Source of the DNA: Microbacteriaceae bacterium
Lineage (GTDB): Bacteria; Actinomycetota; Actinomycetes; Actinomycetales; Microbacteriaceae
Length of the DNA stretch: 64,000 bases
Direction of reading: 5' to 3'
Assembly: GCA_025463565.1 (NCBI GenBank)
Contig: JAODAT010000001.1
Coordinates: forward strand, 9,490 to 73,489
Shown here: one piece after another, positions 17,917 to 28,213 of the stretch
Layout: each line of letters begins with the position of its first letter
Position numbering within the stretch: position 1 is the first letter of the stretch
Made by a program: the position numbers and the translations under genes
Notes under the pieces: model-generated
What the model was told of the DNA's origin: nothing
Database searches by the model: none
What the model saw: only the letters and a program-made list of their open reading frames with translations

Positions 17917-19347
17917 CTAGGCCTCGGTGTGGCGATCGAGGAACTCGTAGAGCTCGGTGTCATCGACGCCGGGGAAGGTTCCGGAGGGCAGCGGGGAGAG
18001 GATATGGGCGTGCAGCCGCGCGCTCGGCCATGCCTTGTGCGCCCAGCGATGCTCAGCACCCGTCTCCGGCCGCCGACAGCAACTCTCGTCGGGGCAGCGT
18101 GAGGTTTCACGGTTCGTGGTCTCGCGTCCCCTGAACCACTTGGCGTCGGCGAACGGCACGCCGAAGCTGATCGAATACTCCTCGCTGGCGGCGGTGCCGG
18201 TCTGCGTAGAGCACCAGTACGTGCCGGTGGGGGTGTCTGTGTACTGGTAGAACTCGTTGGTGCGGTTCGAACGGCCGAATGCTGTGCGTGCGCTCCAGTG
18301 CCGGCAGACGAGCTCGCCTTCGATCGAGCCGGTGACATCGGTGGGCAACTGCAGCCCGTCGTTCTCGTAGCCCTTGTACAGCGCACCGTCCCCGCCGACC
18401 CGCAGAAAGTGGACGGTCATGTCGAGGTGTGAGGTCGCCAGGTTGGTGAAGCGGAGTGCGGCGGCTTCGTGGGTGACACCGAACGCATCGCGGAAGTCTT
18501 CGACGGCGAGGTTACGATCGTTTTTCGCGGCGGTGAGGAACTCGACGGATTGTCGCAGCGGCATCAGGCACGCGGCGGCGAAGTAGTTGATCTCGAGTCG
18601 CTGGCGCAGGAACTCGGCGTAGCTCTCCGGCTCGTGATGCTCGAGCAGCCGGTGCGCGATCGCCTGCAGTGCCATCGAGCGGAGCCCGTGACCGCCGGGA
18701 ATCGATGCCGGCGGAAGGTAGATGCGCCCGTTCTCGAGGTCGGTGACCGACCGGGTGGAGTGGGGCAGGTCGTTCACGAAGATCAGTTCGAAGCCGAGCT
18801 TCTTCGCCATGAGGTTCACCGCACGGTGGGTGAGCGCGCCCGTCGTGTAGCCGACGCCGCGCACCGCCTCCTCGGCCAGATCCTCGATCTCGGGAATGTA
18901 GTTGTCTTTGCCGCGCATGGTGTGGCGCAGTTCGGTATTGGCCCGCCTCGCCTCCTCGGGCGTCGCGATCGACTCCCGCGCGCGCCTCGCCAGCTCGCGA
19001 TGCAGTCCGACCAGTGACGACAGCATTTCGTCGGCCATCGTGCGCGACGGACGGATGGCCGGCAGCCCGAGCCCCTGGTACACGGCACCCTTCTGCAGGC
19101 GGTCGAGTTCGATCTCCAGGGCTGCTCGCTCGGTCGGGGGCGCGGTGTCGAGCAGGTCGGAGACCTGGACTCCCACCGTTGAGGCGATGCTCTGGAGCAG
19201 CGAAAGGCGCGGTTCGCGCCGGCCGTTCTCCATCAGGGAGAGCTGGCTGCCCGCGATTCCCACGGTGGCGCCGAGCTGGTCGAGCGTCAGGTTCGCCTCG
19301 GTGCGGAAGTGACGAATACGCTGCCCCAGCGTTGCAAGATCGGTCAT
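17917..19347 (-). CDS. XRE-family RamB/PrpR/ScfR-like regulator
   Basis: N-terminal XRE HTH (SQLSLMENGRREP), NYFAAACLMP, C-terminal Cys cluster CPDESCC. Confidence 0.85.
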   Translation of the reverse strand: MTDLATLGQRIRHFRTEANLTLDQLGATVGIAGSQLSLMENGRREPRLSLLQSIASTVGVQVSDLLDTAPPTERAALEIELDRLQKGAVYQGLGLPAIRPSRTMADEMLSSLVGLHRELARRARESIATPEEARRANTELRHTMRGKDNYIPEIEDLAEEAVRGVGYTTGALTHRAVNLMAKKLGFELIFVNDLPHSTRSVTDLENGRIYLPPASIPGGHGLRSMALQAIAHRLLEHHEPESYAEFLRQRLEINYFAAACLMPLRQSVEFLTAAKNDRNLAVEDFRDAFGVTHEAAALRFTNLATSHLDMTVHFLRVGGDGALYKGYENDGLQLPTDVTGSIEGELVCRHWSARTAFGRSNRTNEFYQYTDTPTGTYWCSTQTGTAASEEYSISFGVPFADAKWFRGRETTNRETSRCPDESCCRRPETGAEHRWAHKAWPSARLHAHILSPLPSGTFPGVDDTELYEFLDRHTEA

Positions 19348-19462
19348 GTAATTCAGATTAGTGAAAGAACCATGGTTTTTTCCACTCGATTACCCGGCGA
19401 TATACCAGAAAGTCGTCGCAGAGTGGATTTTGACTACTTCTTTTGCGAGAACGGACGACACG

Positions 19463-21337
19463 ATGACGCTCACTCCTACCCGCCCCAGCAGTGCCGGCGA
19501 GAAGCCGCACCAGGTGCCCTCGCCGCTCTCGGCGCCCGAGGGAACCGATTCGGGCGTGATCGCCTGGGTCGAGTCGATCGCCGACCTCACCACGCCCGAC
19601 GCCGTCGTCTGGTGTGATGGCTCCGCGGCAGAGTTCGACCGGCTCACCCGCCTGATGGTCGCCAGCGGCACGCTCACCCAGGTTAACCCCGAACACCGCC
19701 CATACAGCTTCGTCGCCCGCAGCCACCCCGCCGATGTCGCCCGCGTTGAGTCCCGTACCTTCATCTGCTCCGAGAACGAGGCCGATGCCGGTCCCACCAA
19801 CAACTGGCGCGACCCGAAAGAAATGCGGGCCACCTTCGACGAGATCTTCGCCGGAAGCATGCGCGGCCGCACCATGTACGTCATCCCGTTCTCGATGGGC
19901 CCGCTCGGCAGCCCGCTCGCCCGCCTCGGGGTACAGGTCACCGACTCCCCCTACGTGGTCGCGAGCATGGGCATCATGACCCGCATGGGCGCGGCCGCCC
20001 TGCGCCTGATCGATTCGAACACCGAGTGGGTGCGCGCGGTGCACAGCGTCGGCGCGCCGCTCGAGGTGGGCCAAGAGGATGTCGCGTGGCCCTGCAACGA
20101 GACGAAGTACATCTCGCACTTTCCCGAGACCCGGGAGATCTGGTCGTACGGCTCGGCATACGGCGGAAACGCCCTGCTCGCGAAAAAGTCGTTCGCCCTG
20201 CGCATCGCGTCGGTGATGGCTCACGACGAGGGCTGGCTCGCCGAGCACATGCTCATTCTCAAGCTGACCAACCCGCGCGGGCGGGTGTTCCATCTCGTCG
20301 CCGCATTCCCTTCGGCCTGCGGCAAGACGAACCTCGCCATGCTCAAGCCGTCGATCCCGGGATGGAAGGTCGAAACGATCGGCGACGATATCGCCTGGCT
20401 CGCGCCCGGCGCCGATGGGCGCCTGCGAGCCATCAACCCGGAGGCCGGATTCTTCGGCGTTGCGCCTGGCACGGGGCCCGTCACCAACCAGACCGCCATG
20501 GACACCATGTGGGGTAACACGATCTTCACGAACGTGGCCATTCGGGATGACGGAGACGTGTGGTGGGAGGGCATGACCGAGAAGACGCCCGACCACCTCA
20601 TCGACTGGCAGGGCAACGACTGGACGCCGGCATCCGGCACACCCGCTGCCCATCCGAACTCGCGCTTCACCGTCGCCGCTGCACAGTGCCCCACCATCTC
20701 GGACGACTGGGACGACCCGGAGGGCGTCGTCGTCGACGCGATCGTGTTCGGTGGCCGCCGCGCCACCAATGTTCCGCTCGTCGTCGAGGCGCGCGACTGG
20801 GAGCACGGTGTGTACATCGGAGCAACCGTCTCGTCGGAGCGCACGGCCGCTGCGGAGGGCACCGTCGGCGAACTGCGCCGCGACCCCTTCGCAATGATGC
20901 CCTTCTGCGGCTACAACATGGCCGACCACTGGTCGCACTGGCTCGAGATGGGCAAGACCCTTCGTGCCAACGGCACCGTGCCGCGCATCTTCCAAGTGAA
21001 CTGGTTCCGCAAGGGCGATGACGGCTCGTGGCTCTGGCCGGGCTTCGCGGAGAACTCGCGCGTGCTCGAGTGGATTCTCGACCGGGTCGACGGCCGCACG
21101 CCTGCTGTCGACAGCCCGCTCGGCTGGAAGCCGGCGGAGGGAGGCGTCAATCTCGAGGGCACCGACGTGACCGAGAAAGATTGGGAGCAGCTCTTCGAAC
21201 TCGACCAGGACGCCTGGCTCGCGGAACTCGACGACACCGAGCAGTTCTTCGAGAGCTTCGGCGATCGCTTGCCCGAGGCGATGACCCGCCAGCTGGCTGA
21301 CATCCGCCGCCGGGTGAAGCTCTCGCGGGAGAACTGA
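19463..21337 (+). CDS. pckG: Phosphoenolpyruvate carboxykinase (GTP)
   Basis: [38 protein letters not shown]. Confidence 0.97.
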   Translation: MTLTPTRPSSAGEKPHQVPSPLSAPEGTDSGVIAWVESIADLTTPDAVVWCDGSAAEFDRLTRLMVASGTLTQVNPEHRPYSFVARSHPADVARVESRTFICSENEADAGPTNNWRDPKEMRATFDEIFAGSMRGRTMYVIPFSMGPLGSPLARLGVQVTDSPYVVASMGIMTRMGAAALRLIDSNTEWVRAVHSVGAPLEVGQEDVAWPCNETKYISHFPETREIWSYGSAYGGNALLAKKSFALRIASVMAHDEGWLAEHMLILKLTNPRGRVFHLVAAFPSACGKTNLAMLKPSIPGWKVETIGDDIAWLAPGADGRLRAINPEAGFFGVAPGTGPVTNQTAMDTMWGNTIFTNVAIRDDGDVWWEGMTEKTPDHLIDWQGNDWTPASGTPAAHPNSRFTVAAAQCPTISDDWDDPEGVVVDAIVFGGRRATNVPLVVEARDWEHGVYIGATVSSERTAAAEGTVGELRRDPFAMMPFCGYNMADHWSHWLEMGKTLRANGTVPRIFQVNWFRKGDDGSWLWPGFAENSRVLEWILDRVDGRTPAVDSPLGWKPAEGGVNLEGTDVTEKDWEQLFELDQDAWLAELDDTEQFFESFGDRLPEAMTRQLADIRRRVKLSREN

Positions 21338-21357
21338 CGAACGCATAAAGTGGGCGG

Positions 21358-21930
21358 GTGTCCGCCGCCCGGAGAGTCCTGATCGCAGTCGTACTGGTGG
21401 CCGCGCTCTCCGGTTGTACGTCGGCGACTCCCGCACCGACGAACACGGCGAGCACGCCGGGAACGACGGCGGCAACCCTCAACCGCTGCGCCGAGAGACT
21501 CGCGCCATCCGTGGGGCGCACGGCGCCGCTCGAGTTGACCGCGTCCTTCGACGACGCCTTCCAGAGCGATAGCACGATCAACGGGACTGTCGTGCTCACC
21601 AATCGCACCTCGTCACGGGTGACCGGAACCACCGCTGCAACCCCGATCGTTACGCTTTCGCGCAACGGACGGGTGCTCTGGCACACGAATGGCGCGATGA
21701 TCGCCATGGCTGCGGAAGTCGACCTCGCTCCCGGTGCATCGATGACCTACCCGGCGAGTTTCTCGCCGATGGAGTGCGCTGCCCAGGACGACGCCGATAA
21801 CTCCTTCCGGGAGAACCTGCCTCGCGTGCCCGTAGGCCGCTACGACGTGTCAGCCGCCATCGACCTCACCGGCACGGACGGCACCTCGACCCTCATCACG
21901 GGCCCGCTGACCCGCATCCGGATCCGCTGA
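21358..21930 (+). CDS. Putative lipoprotein
   Basis: LSGC lipobox; -10 TAAAGT 6 nt upstream of the GTG. Confidence 0.65.
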   Translation: MSAARRVLIAVVLVAALSGCTSATPAPTNTASTPGTTAATLNRCAERLAPSVGRTAPLELTASFDDAFQSDSTINGTVVLTNRTSSRVTGTTAATPIVTLSRNGRVLWHTNGAMIAMAAEVDLAPGASMTYPASFSPMECAAQDDADNSFRENLPRVPVGRYDVSAAIDLTGTDGTSTLITGPLTRIRIR

Positions 21931-21952
21931 CGGACCGACCAAAGGAATCGAC

Positions 21953-22516
21953 ATGCCCAACCCGATTGGTCGCGCCCTGCGCAATCGCCGCGCCGGACAC
22001 GACACGCTCGCCTGGGCGCGCGCCGACCTGCGGGCGCCGGAGAACTTCGCGCTGACGAGTCCCGCCTTCGCTCACAGTGCGCCGATCCCCGAGCGCCACA
22101 AGGGACGGCTGTTCGGGGCGAACATCTCCCCGGCGCTCGAATGGGCTTCGCCCCCCGCCGGAACCGTGGAACTCGTGCTCGTCGTGCAGGACCCCGACGT
22201 GCCGATGAGAACTCCGGCGACCCACGCTCTCACGGTCGGGATCGATCCGACGCTCCACTCCATTCCCGAGAACGGCCTCGTACAGCCCAGCCCGATCGCG
22301 GGCCTGCGTCACGGCAGGGGGCCCGTCGGGCGTCGCGGCTGGGCCGGACCGCTTCCCATCCCGTCGCATGGCGCGCACTCATACGTATTCCAGCTCTTCG
22401 CCCTCGATCGGCCGGTCCAGCTGGGCGAGAAGTTCTCACTCGACGAAACAATCACCGAGATGGCCGGCCACGTCATCGGACGAGCGCGCCTCGACGGAAC
22501 GTACGAGATCGCCTGA
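21953..22516 (+). CDS. YbhB/YbcL (PEBP) family protein
   Basis: LTSPAF, NISPALEW, QDPDVP, GP.P...HG.HSYVFQLFALD. Confidence 0.9.
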   Translation: MPNPIGRALRNRRAGHDTLAWARADLRAPENFALTSPAFAHSAPIPERHKGRLFGANISPALEWASPPAGTVELVLVVQDPDVPMRTPATHALTVGIDPTLHSIPENGLVQPSPIAGLRHGRGPVGRRGWAGPLPIPSHGAHSYVFQLFALDRPVQLGEKFSLDETITEMAGHVIGRARLDGTYEIA

Positions 22517-22556
22517 GCTGGGGAACATTGCGAGGGTCGCCGCCGTTGCCCCCGTC

Positions 22557-23198
22557 ATGACGACAATTGGATTCATCGGTTCGGGACACATCGGCAGCCA
22601 GGTGGCCCGCAAGGCCATCGAGAACGGGTACGACGTCGTGCTCAGTAATTCACGAGGACCTGCGACACTGCAAGATCTCGTGGCGGAGCTCGGAGAGCAC
22701 GCGCGAGCGGCGACCCGCGAAGAAGCGGCGGCGGCAGCGGATGTCGCAGTCGTCTCGATCCCGTTCAAGGCCATCGCCGATGTTCCGGTCGACCAACTCG
22801 CCGGCAAGATCGTGCTCGACACGAACAACTACTACTGGGAGCGCGACGGACATGTCGCTGACCTGGACGACGGCACCAGCACGGTCACCGCTCAGCTGCA
22901 GGCCCACCTGCCCGAGTCGAGGGTCGCCAAGGCCTTCAACGCGATCGCGTCGGCCCAGATCACCTCGGACGGCCTTCCGGCGGGTACCGACGGTCGCCGG
23001 GCCCTGGTCACGGCATCCGACCATGCCGATGCGGCCGACTTCGTGGTGAAGCTGTACGACGAGTTCGGTTTCGACACGATCAACCTCGGCCCGCTCTCAG
23101 AGAGCTGGCGCGTCGAACGCGATCGCCCGGCATACGGCATGGTGGGCGATGTGGCCGCGATCACCGAGGCGCTCGCGCGGGCGCAGCGAACGCTCTAG
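22557..23198 (+). CDS. NADPH-dependent F420 reductase-like oxidoreductase
   Basis: IGSGHIG, SNSRGP, LDTNNY, VAKAFN. Confidence 0.88.
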   Translation: MTTIGFIGSGHIGSQVARKAIENGYDVVLSNSRGPATLQDLVAELGEHARAATREEAAAAADVAVVSIPFKAIADVPVDQLAGKIVLDTNNYYWERDGHVADLDDGTSTVTAQLQAHLPESRVAKAFNAIASAQITSDGLPAGTDGRRALVTASDHADAADFVVKLYDEFGFDTINLGPLSESWRVERDRPAYGMVGDVAAITEALARAQRTL

Positions 23199-23214
23199 CG
23201 GCCATACTTGACCG

Positions 23215-24033
23215 GTGCCAGCAACCTTCTTCATCGTGCCCCAGTGGCAGGGCTCCGGTTCGTCCCGTGCAATGAGACTCGTCGACGGCGCTGATGCGAT
23301 CCGCGCCGACCTGCCGTCATCCGCCACCGTGGAGGTGCCGGTGCCGGCCGAGGCCGGCAGCAGCGAAGACACCTCGGTGCACAGGCTCTCGTCGATCGTC
23401 GCCGTTCGCGACTCGCTCGCGACGGCCCTCGGCACCCGCGGCGGCCTGCCGGTGGTGATCGGCGGCGACTGCGGGGTCGAGCTCGCCTCGATCGGTCGGG
23501 CCATCGAGTCCGGCGAGACCGCTGTGCTCTGGCTCGACGCCCATCCCGACCTCAACTCGCCCGAAAGCTCTGCAAGCAGCGCTTTTCACGGGATGATCGT
23601 GCGCACGCTTCTCGGTGACGGGCCGGCGGCGCTCGTGCCCGCCCACCCGCTCGCGGCCTCCCACCTGGTGCTCGCCGGCACCCGGGCCTCGGATGACGCG
23701 GAGTCGGAGTACATCGCGGCCGCAGGCATCCGCATGCTGTCGCCCGATCAGGTGACCGCCGGCGGCATCGGTGAGGCCCTCGTCGCGACGGGAGCGAAAT
23801 CCGTCTACATCCACGTAGACCTGGACGTGCTCGACCCGGCGGAGATCGATGGGGTCGGCTTCCCGGAGCCATTCGGACTGACGCTACGGGCGCTCCTCGA
23901 CGCGATCGCGGCCGCGAAGGCGACCCTGCCGTTGGTCGGCGCTGGCATCACCGAATTCGCGCCCGCGGAACCGGAGACGGCCGGGGACGACCTTGGAAGC
24001 ATCCTTCGGATCGTCGGGGCGCTCACCAGCTGA
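23215..24033 (+). CDS. Arginase/ureohydrolase-family protein
   Basis: GGDC, DAHPD.N, SAFHGM, HVDLDVLDP. Confidence 0.88.
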   Translation: MPATFFIVPQWQGSGSSRAMRLVDGADAIRADLPSSATVEVPVPAEAGSSEDTSVHRLSSIVAVRDSLATALGTRGGLPVVIGGDCGVELASIGRAIESGETAVLWLDAHPDLNSPESSASSAFHGMIVRTLLGDGPAALVPAHPLAASHLVLAGTRASDDAESEYIAAAGIRMLSPDQVTAGGIGEALVATGAKSVYIHVDLDVLDPAEIDGVGFPEPFGLTLRALLDAIAAAKATLPLVGAGITEFAPAEPETAGDDLGSILRIVGALTS

Positions 24034-24096
24034 ATCCCTACTAGCCCCTGTGCCACTGGTATGGCTATGCTCAGCGCACCCGAACAAGGAGATGCA

Positions 24097-24807
24097 ATGG
24101 GATTCTTCACGAAAGTCGGACAGAAGCTCGGTGTCGCGGACTCGAAACTGATCAAGAACGGAACCCTCGCGCTCGGAAACGTCATTTCCGTGAAGCAGAC
24201 TGGACTCGCCACCGGCAACCTGGGCAACCAGGACCTCGTCTGCGACGTCACTGTCGAAGTCGTTCCGCTCGACGGGTCCGCACGCTACCAGGCCACCGTC
24301 ACCCATTCGATTCCTTACATGTATGTTCCGCAGCTGCAAACGCCGGGTGCCTCGGTCGCCGTACGCGTCGACCCCGCCGACAAGACCCGCATCGAGCTCG
24401 ACCTGACTCACGCCGTGCCTGATGCACCGGGCGCAGCAGGAGCAGCAGCGGCCGCGCCGGCACAGATCGTTCTCACGAGCGACGATGGCACCGAGACCCC
24501 GCTGGAGACCCACCAGGCGAACCTGACGACCGCAGAGGTTCTCGCAACGGGCAAATCCTGCAGCGTCGACGTTCTCGCCGTGTTCCCGCTCGGCCAGAAC
24601 GATGCGAAAGGTCTTCCCGCCTCCGGACTGATTCTGAACGTGCACCGCGACGGCGCAGCCGACTTCCAAGCCCAGATGGGCATCCACATTCCGGATGACA
24701 AGACCGCAAAGGTCGTCGTCGGAGCAAAGCTCCCCGCTAAGTGGGTCGACGCGGGAACCGGCAATACCGACGACAACCTGGTCGCGCCGGAGTGGGACAA
24801 GATCTGA
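24097..24807 (+). CDS. Hypothetical protein with two repeated beta-rich domains (paralog 1)
   Basis: SD AAGGAG upstream of the ATG; clearly similar to the downstream ORF. Confidence 0.8.
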   Translation: MGFFTKVGQKLGVADSKLIKNGTLALGNVISVKQTGLATGNLGNQDLVCDVTVEVVPLDGSARYQATVTHSIPYMYVPQLQTPGASVAVRVDPADKTRIELDLTHAVPDAPGAAGAAAAAPAQIVLTSDDGTETPLETHQANLTTAEVLATGKSCSVDVLAVFPLGQNDAKGLPASGLILNVHRDGAADFQAQMGIHIPDDKTAKVVVGAKLPAKWVDAGTGNTDDNLVAPEWDKI

Positions 24808-24809
24808 CG

Positions 24810-25514
24810 GTGGGGTTCATCGAGGACGCCGCCGCGGAATTCGGTCTCGGCAAGGAATTCGGTCTCGGCAATTCGGCGCTGCTCGCGGACGGCACGATCG
24901 CCAGGGGCACCATGGTCTCCGTTACGCCAACGGGCATCTACCGGGGCGGAGAGGCCGACCAGTCCCCGCAGGCGGCCGTCTGCACGATCGTGGTGGACGT
25001 GCAGCCGCTCGACGGCAGCACCCCCTATCGGGCGACGACGACCCAGGCCATCCCGGAGACCTCGCTGCCACGGCTACAGGATGTGGGAACCGCGGTCGCG
25101 GTGAGGATAGACCCCTCCGACAAGACCAGGGTCGTGATCGCCCTCACCGACGACACTCCGGACGCCCCGGCCTCGACCCTGGACCCGAACGGCTCGGTGC
25201 TCACCGACAACGACGGGAATCCGCGCTCGGCACAGCCCGCGCCGACCACGGGCACCGTTCTGGCGAAGGGCACCCCATGCACGGTGGACCTGGTTCTCGT
25301 GTACCCGATCGGCCAGGACGACTCGACCGGGCATCCGGCATCCGGTCTCATGATGACCGTCCATCGGAGCGGCAGCCCCGACTTCGGGGCACAGGTTGGG
25401 GTATTCGTTCCCGACGACAAGGCGGCGAAGGTCGTCGTCGGCGCGACGCTGCCGGCCCGCTGGCTGCATACGGAATCGGATGACGTGGTCGTTCCCGACT
25501 GGAGCAAGATCTAG
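24810..25514 (+). CDS. Hypothetical protein (paralog 2)
   Basis: Shares PLDGS..Y.AT, VAVR.DP.DKTR, PASGL, PDDK.AKVVVGA.LPA.W and P.W.KI with the upstream gene. Confidence 0.78.
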   Translation: MGFIEDAAAEFGLGKEFGLGNSALLADGTIARGTMVSVTPTGIYRGGEADQSPQAAVCTIVVDVQPLDGSTPYRATTTQAIPETSLPRLQDVGTAVAVRIDPSDKTRVVIALTDDTPDAPASTLDPNGSVLTDNDGNPRSAQPAPTTGTVLAKGTPCTVDLVLVYPIGQDDSTGHPASGLMMTVHRSGSPDFGAQVGVFVPDDKAAKVVVGATLPARWLHTESDDVVVPDWSKI

Positions 25515-25541
25515 CAGGGTCGCACGCGTAGCATGACGCTC

Positions 25542-26951
25542 ATGGCCACACACGAATACGACCTCATCGTCATCGGCGCCGGCGCGGTAGGCGAGAACAT
25601 CGCGGATTACGCGCACAAGGGCGGTCTCAGCGCCCTCCTCATCGAGAGCGAACTGGTGGGCGGGGAGTGCTCGTACTGGGCCTGCATGCCCTCGAAGGCG
25701 CTGCTTCGCAGCGGAATAGCGCTCCGGGCGGCGCAGGCCGTCGGCGGAGCGAAGGAAGCCGTCACGGGAACCATCGATGTCGCCGCCACCTTCGCGCGTC
25801 GCAACTCGTTCACCCACGACTGGAACGACGACAGCCAGGCCGACTGGGTCAAGAGCGCCGGGATCGACCTGGTGCGCGGGCACGCGCGGTTGGACGGCGA
25901 GAAGCGCGTTGTGGTGGACGACACGGCATACACGGCGAAGTACGCCGTCGCGCTGAGCGTCGGTTCGGACGCCCTGCTCCCCGACATCCCCGGGCTCGCC
26001 GGCGCAACGCCGTGGACGAGCCGCGACGCGACGAGCGCCCAGGTCGCCCCGAAGCGGCTGGCGATCATCGGCGGAGGCGTGGTCGGTGTCGAGATGGCGA
26101 CCGCATACGCGACATTCGGCACCACCGTGACAGTCATCTCCCGTGGCACGCTGCTGGCAGGGCAGGAGCCCTTCGCAGGCGAGGCGGTTAAGGCATCCCT
26201 CGAGAAGCTCGGTGCGACCGTGCTCATCGGTGCCTCGACGAAGTTGGTGACCCGCGACGACTCGGGCGTGCATCTCACGCTCGACGACGGATCTGTGATC
26301 GACGCGGACGAGGTGCTCGTCGCCATCGGTCGCACCCCGCGCACCATGGACATCGGCTTCGAAACGATCGGCCTCACCCCCGGCGACTGGATGACCGTGG
26401 ACGACACCCTGCTGGTGAAGGGCTTCGACTGGCTGTACGCCGTCGGCGACGTCAACCACCGGGCTCTCCTCACCCACCAGGGCAAGTACCAGGCCCGCGC
26501 CGCGGGCGACGTGATCGCCGCGCGGGCCCTCGGCCACCGCGTTCACGACAATCGCTTCGGCAAGCACGCAGCCACCGCGGATCACGAGATGGTTCCCCAG
26601 GTGACCTTCACCGACCCGGAGGTGGCCTCCGCCGGACTCACCGCCGAGGCTGCCGAGAAGGCCGGATACGACATCCGCGTGGTCGACTACAACCTCGGCT
26701 ACGTGGCGGGGGCTTCGCTGCAGGCCGACGGCTACGAGGGACAGGCACGCATGGTGGTCGACGAGAAGCGCGGGGTCATCCTCGGCGTCACTTTCGTCGG
26801 ACAGGACGTCTCCGAGCTCATCCACGCCGCCACGACCGCGATCGTTGGCGAGGTACCGCTCGACCGGCTCTGGCACGCGGTTCCCGCGTACCCGACGATG
26901 AACGAGATCTGGCTGCGGCTGCTCGAAACCTACGGGCGACCGGGCGACTAG
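25542..26951 (+). CDS. Flavoprotein disulfide reductase (Lpd-like)
   Basis: IGAGAVG, GGECSYWACMPSK redox disulfide, IIGGGVVG, AVGD. Confidence 0.9.
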   Translation: MATHEYDLIVIGAGAVGENIADYAHKGGLSALLIESELVGGECSYWACMPSKALLRSGIALRAAQAVGGAKEAVTGTIDVAATFARRNSFTHDWNDDSQADWVKSAGIDLVRGHARLDGEKRVVVDDTAYTAKYAVALSVGSDALLPDIPGLAGATPWTSRDATSAQVAPKRLAIIGGGVVGVEMATAYATFGTTVTVISRGTLLAGQEPFAGEAVKASLEKLGATVLIGASTKLVTRDDSGVHLTLDDGSVIDADEVLVAIGRTPRTMDIGFETIGLTPGDWMTVDDTLLVKGFDWLYAVGDVNHRALLTHQGKYQARAAGDVIAARALGHRVHDNRFGKHAATADHEMVPQVTFTDPEVASAGLTAEAAEKAGYDIRVVDYNLGYVAGASLQADGYEGQARMVVDEKRGVILGVTFVGQDVSELIHAATTAIVGEVPLDRLWHAVPAYPTMNEIWLRLLETYGRPGD

Positions 26952-28139
26952 CTAGCGCAGGGATTCGTACAGCGCCAGCAACGACGTGGCGGACGCCGCC
27001 CAGGTGTACGGCTCGGCGTGGTGGCGTGCGCTCGCGCTGAGCGCTGCGAGCCGCTCCGGATCGCCGACCAGTTCGTCGATGCTGGCAGCCCAGTTCGCGG
27101 GTTCTCGACTGTCGACCAGCAGGCCGGACACCCCATCGGCGACCGACTCGAGCATTCCGGAGCCGCGGTAGGCGATTACCGGTGTGCCGCTCGCGGCCGA
27201 CTCGAGGGCGACGATCCCGTACGTCTCCGACTGCGACGGCAGCACAGTGATCGATGCGGCAGCCAGCAGGTCGGCGAGCCGTTCCCGTGACAGGGCGCCG
27301 ACGAACCGCACCTCGCCGCCGAGCTCGCGAAGCGACTGCAGATAGCCCTCGTCACCGGGTGTCGCCTCACCCGCGATCACCATTACCGGGCCCGGCCGCG
27401 CCAGGGCAAGCGCGCGGATCGCCAGCTCCTGGTCTTTCAGCGGCTGGATGCGCCCGACGACGGCAATGATGGGTCGGTCGAAATCAATGCCCAGTTCACG
27501 GTGGACCCTTTCGATCGCCATGATCGACGGGGCGAACAGGTCGAGATCGACACCGGGCGGGATCACCCACACGCGATCGGCCGGAGCGCGGGCGAGATCG
27601 ATCAGCGCGGTCGCCTCCGCGGCCGAACCGGCGACGATCGCGGTTGCCTGGTTGGCGAGGAACATCTCGGTGGGAAGCCGGCGCTCCGGCTCGCTCGTTC
27701 CGACGACCGCGTTCTTCATCGCGGCGAGCGTGTGAAAACTCTGCACCAGCGGAAGCCCGAGCTCGAGCGCCACCGGCAGAACCGCGAGGCCGCTCAACCA
27801 GTAGTGCGCGTGAATGACGTCGTAGCGCGGGCCGCGACGACCGGTGAGCGCGGCAACGGCTTCGCCGAACTCGTCGGTGACACCGGCAAGCTCCTCTTTC
27901 GCGAGCACAGCTCTCGGCCCCGCCGCAAGTTCGTGCAGCGTGACACCCGGTGAGAGCTCTCGTTCCCCCGGTTCCCCCGTCGCTCGGGTGAGTAGGTCGA
28001 CGGTCGCGCCGCGGCGAGCGAGTTGCTCCGCGAGGCCGAGAATCGCCACATTCATGCCGCCCGAGTCGCCGGACCCCGGCTGCGTCACCGGGGAGCTGTG
28101 CAGTGAGACCATCGCCACCCTGGGCGCTGCCGTCGACAT
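26952..28139 (-). CDS. mshA: GT4 glycosyltransferase, MshA-like (D-inositol-3-phosphate glycosyltransferase)
   Basis: SLHSSP..QPGSGDSGGMNV, HAHYWLSG, FHTLA..K, GRIQPLK, ETYGIVALE. Confidence 0.75.
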   Translation of the reverse strand: MSTAAPRVAMVSLHSSPVTQPGSGDSGGMNVAILGLAEQLARRGATVDLLTRATGEPGERELSPGVTLHELAAGPRAVLAKEELAGVTDEFGEAVAALTGRRGPRYDVIHAHYWLSGLAVLPVALELGLPLVQSFHTLAAMKNAVVGTSEPERRLPTEMFLANQATAIVAGSAAEATALIDLARAPADRVWVIPPGVDLDLFAPSIMAIERVHRELGIDFDRPIIAVVGRIQPLKDQELAIRALALARPGPVMVIAGEATPGDEGYLQSLRELGGEVRFVGALSRERLADLLAAASITVLPSQSETYGIVALESAASGTPVIAYRGSGMLESVADGVSGLLVDSREPANWAASIDELVGDPERLAALSASARHHAEPYTWAASATSLLALYESLR

Positions 28140-28213
28140 GCTGTCACCCTAGCCGCCGGCGCTGAAGAACGGCGCGGTGAAGAACGGCAACTCGGAGGTG
28201 ATACAAACGAGAC

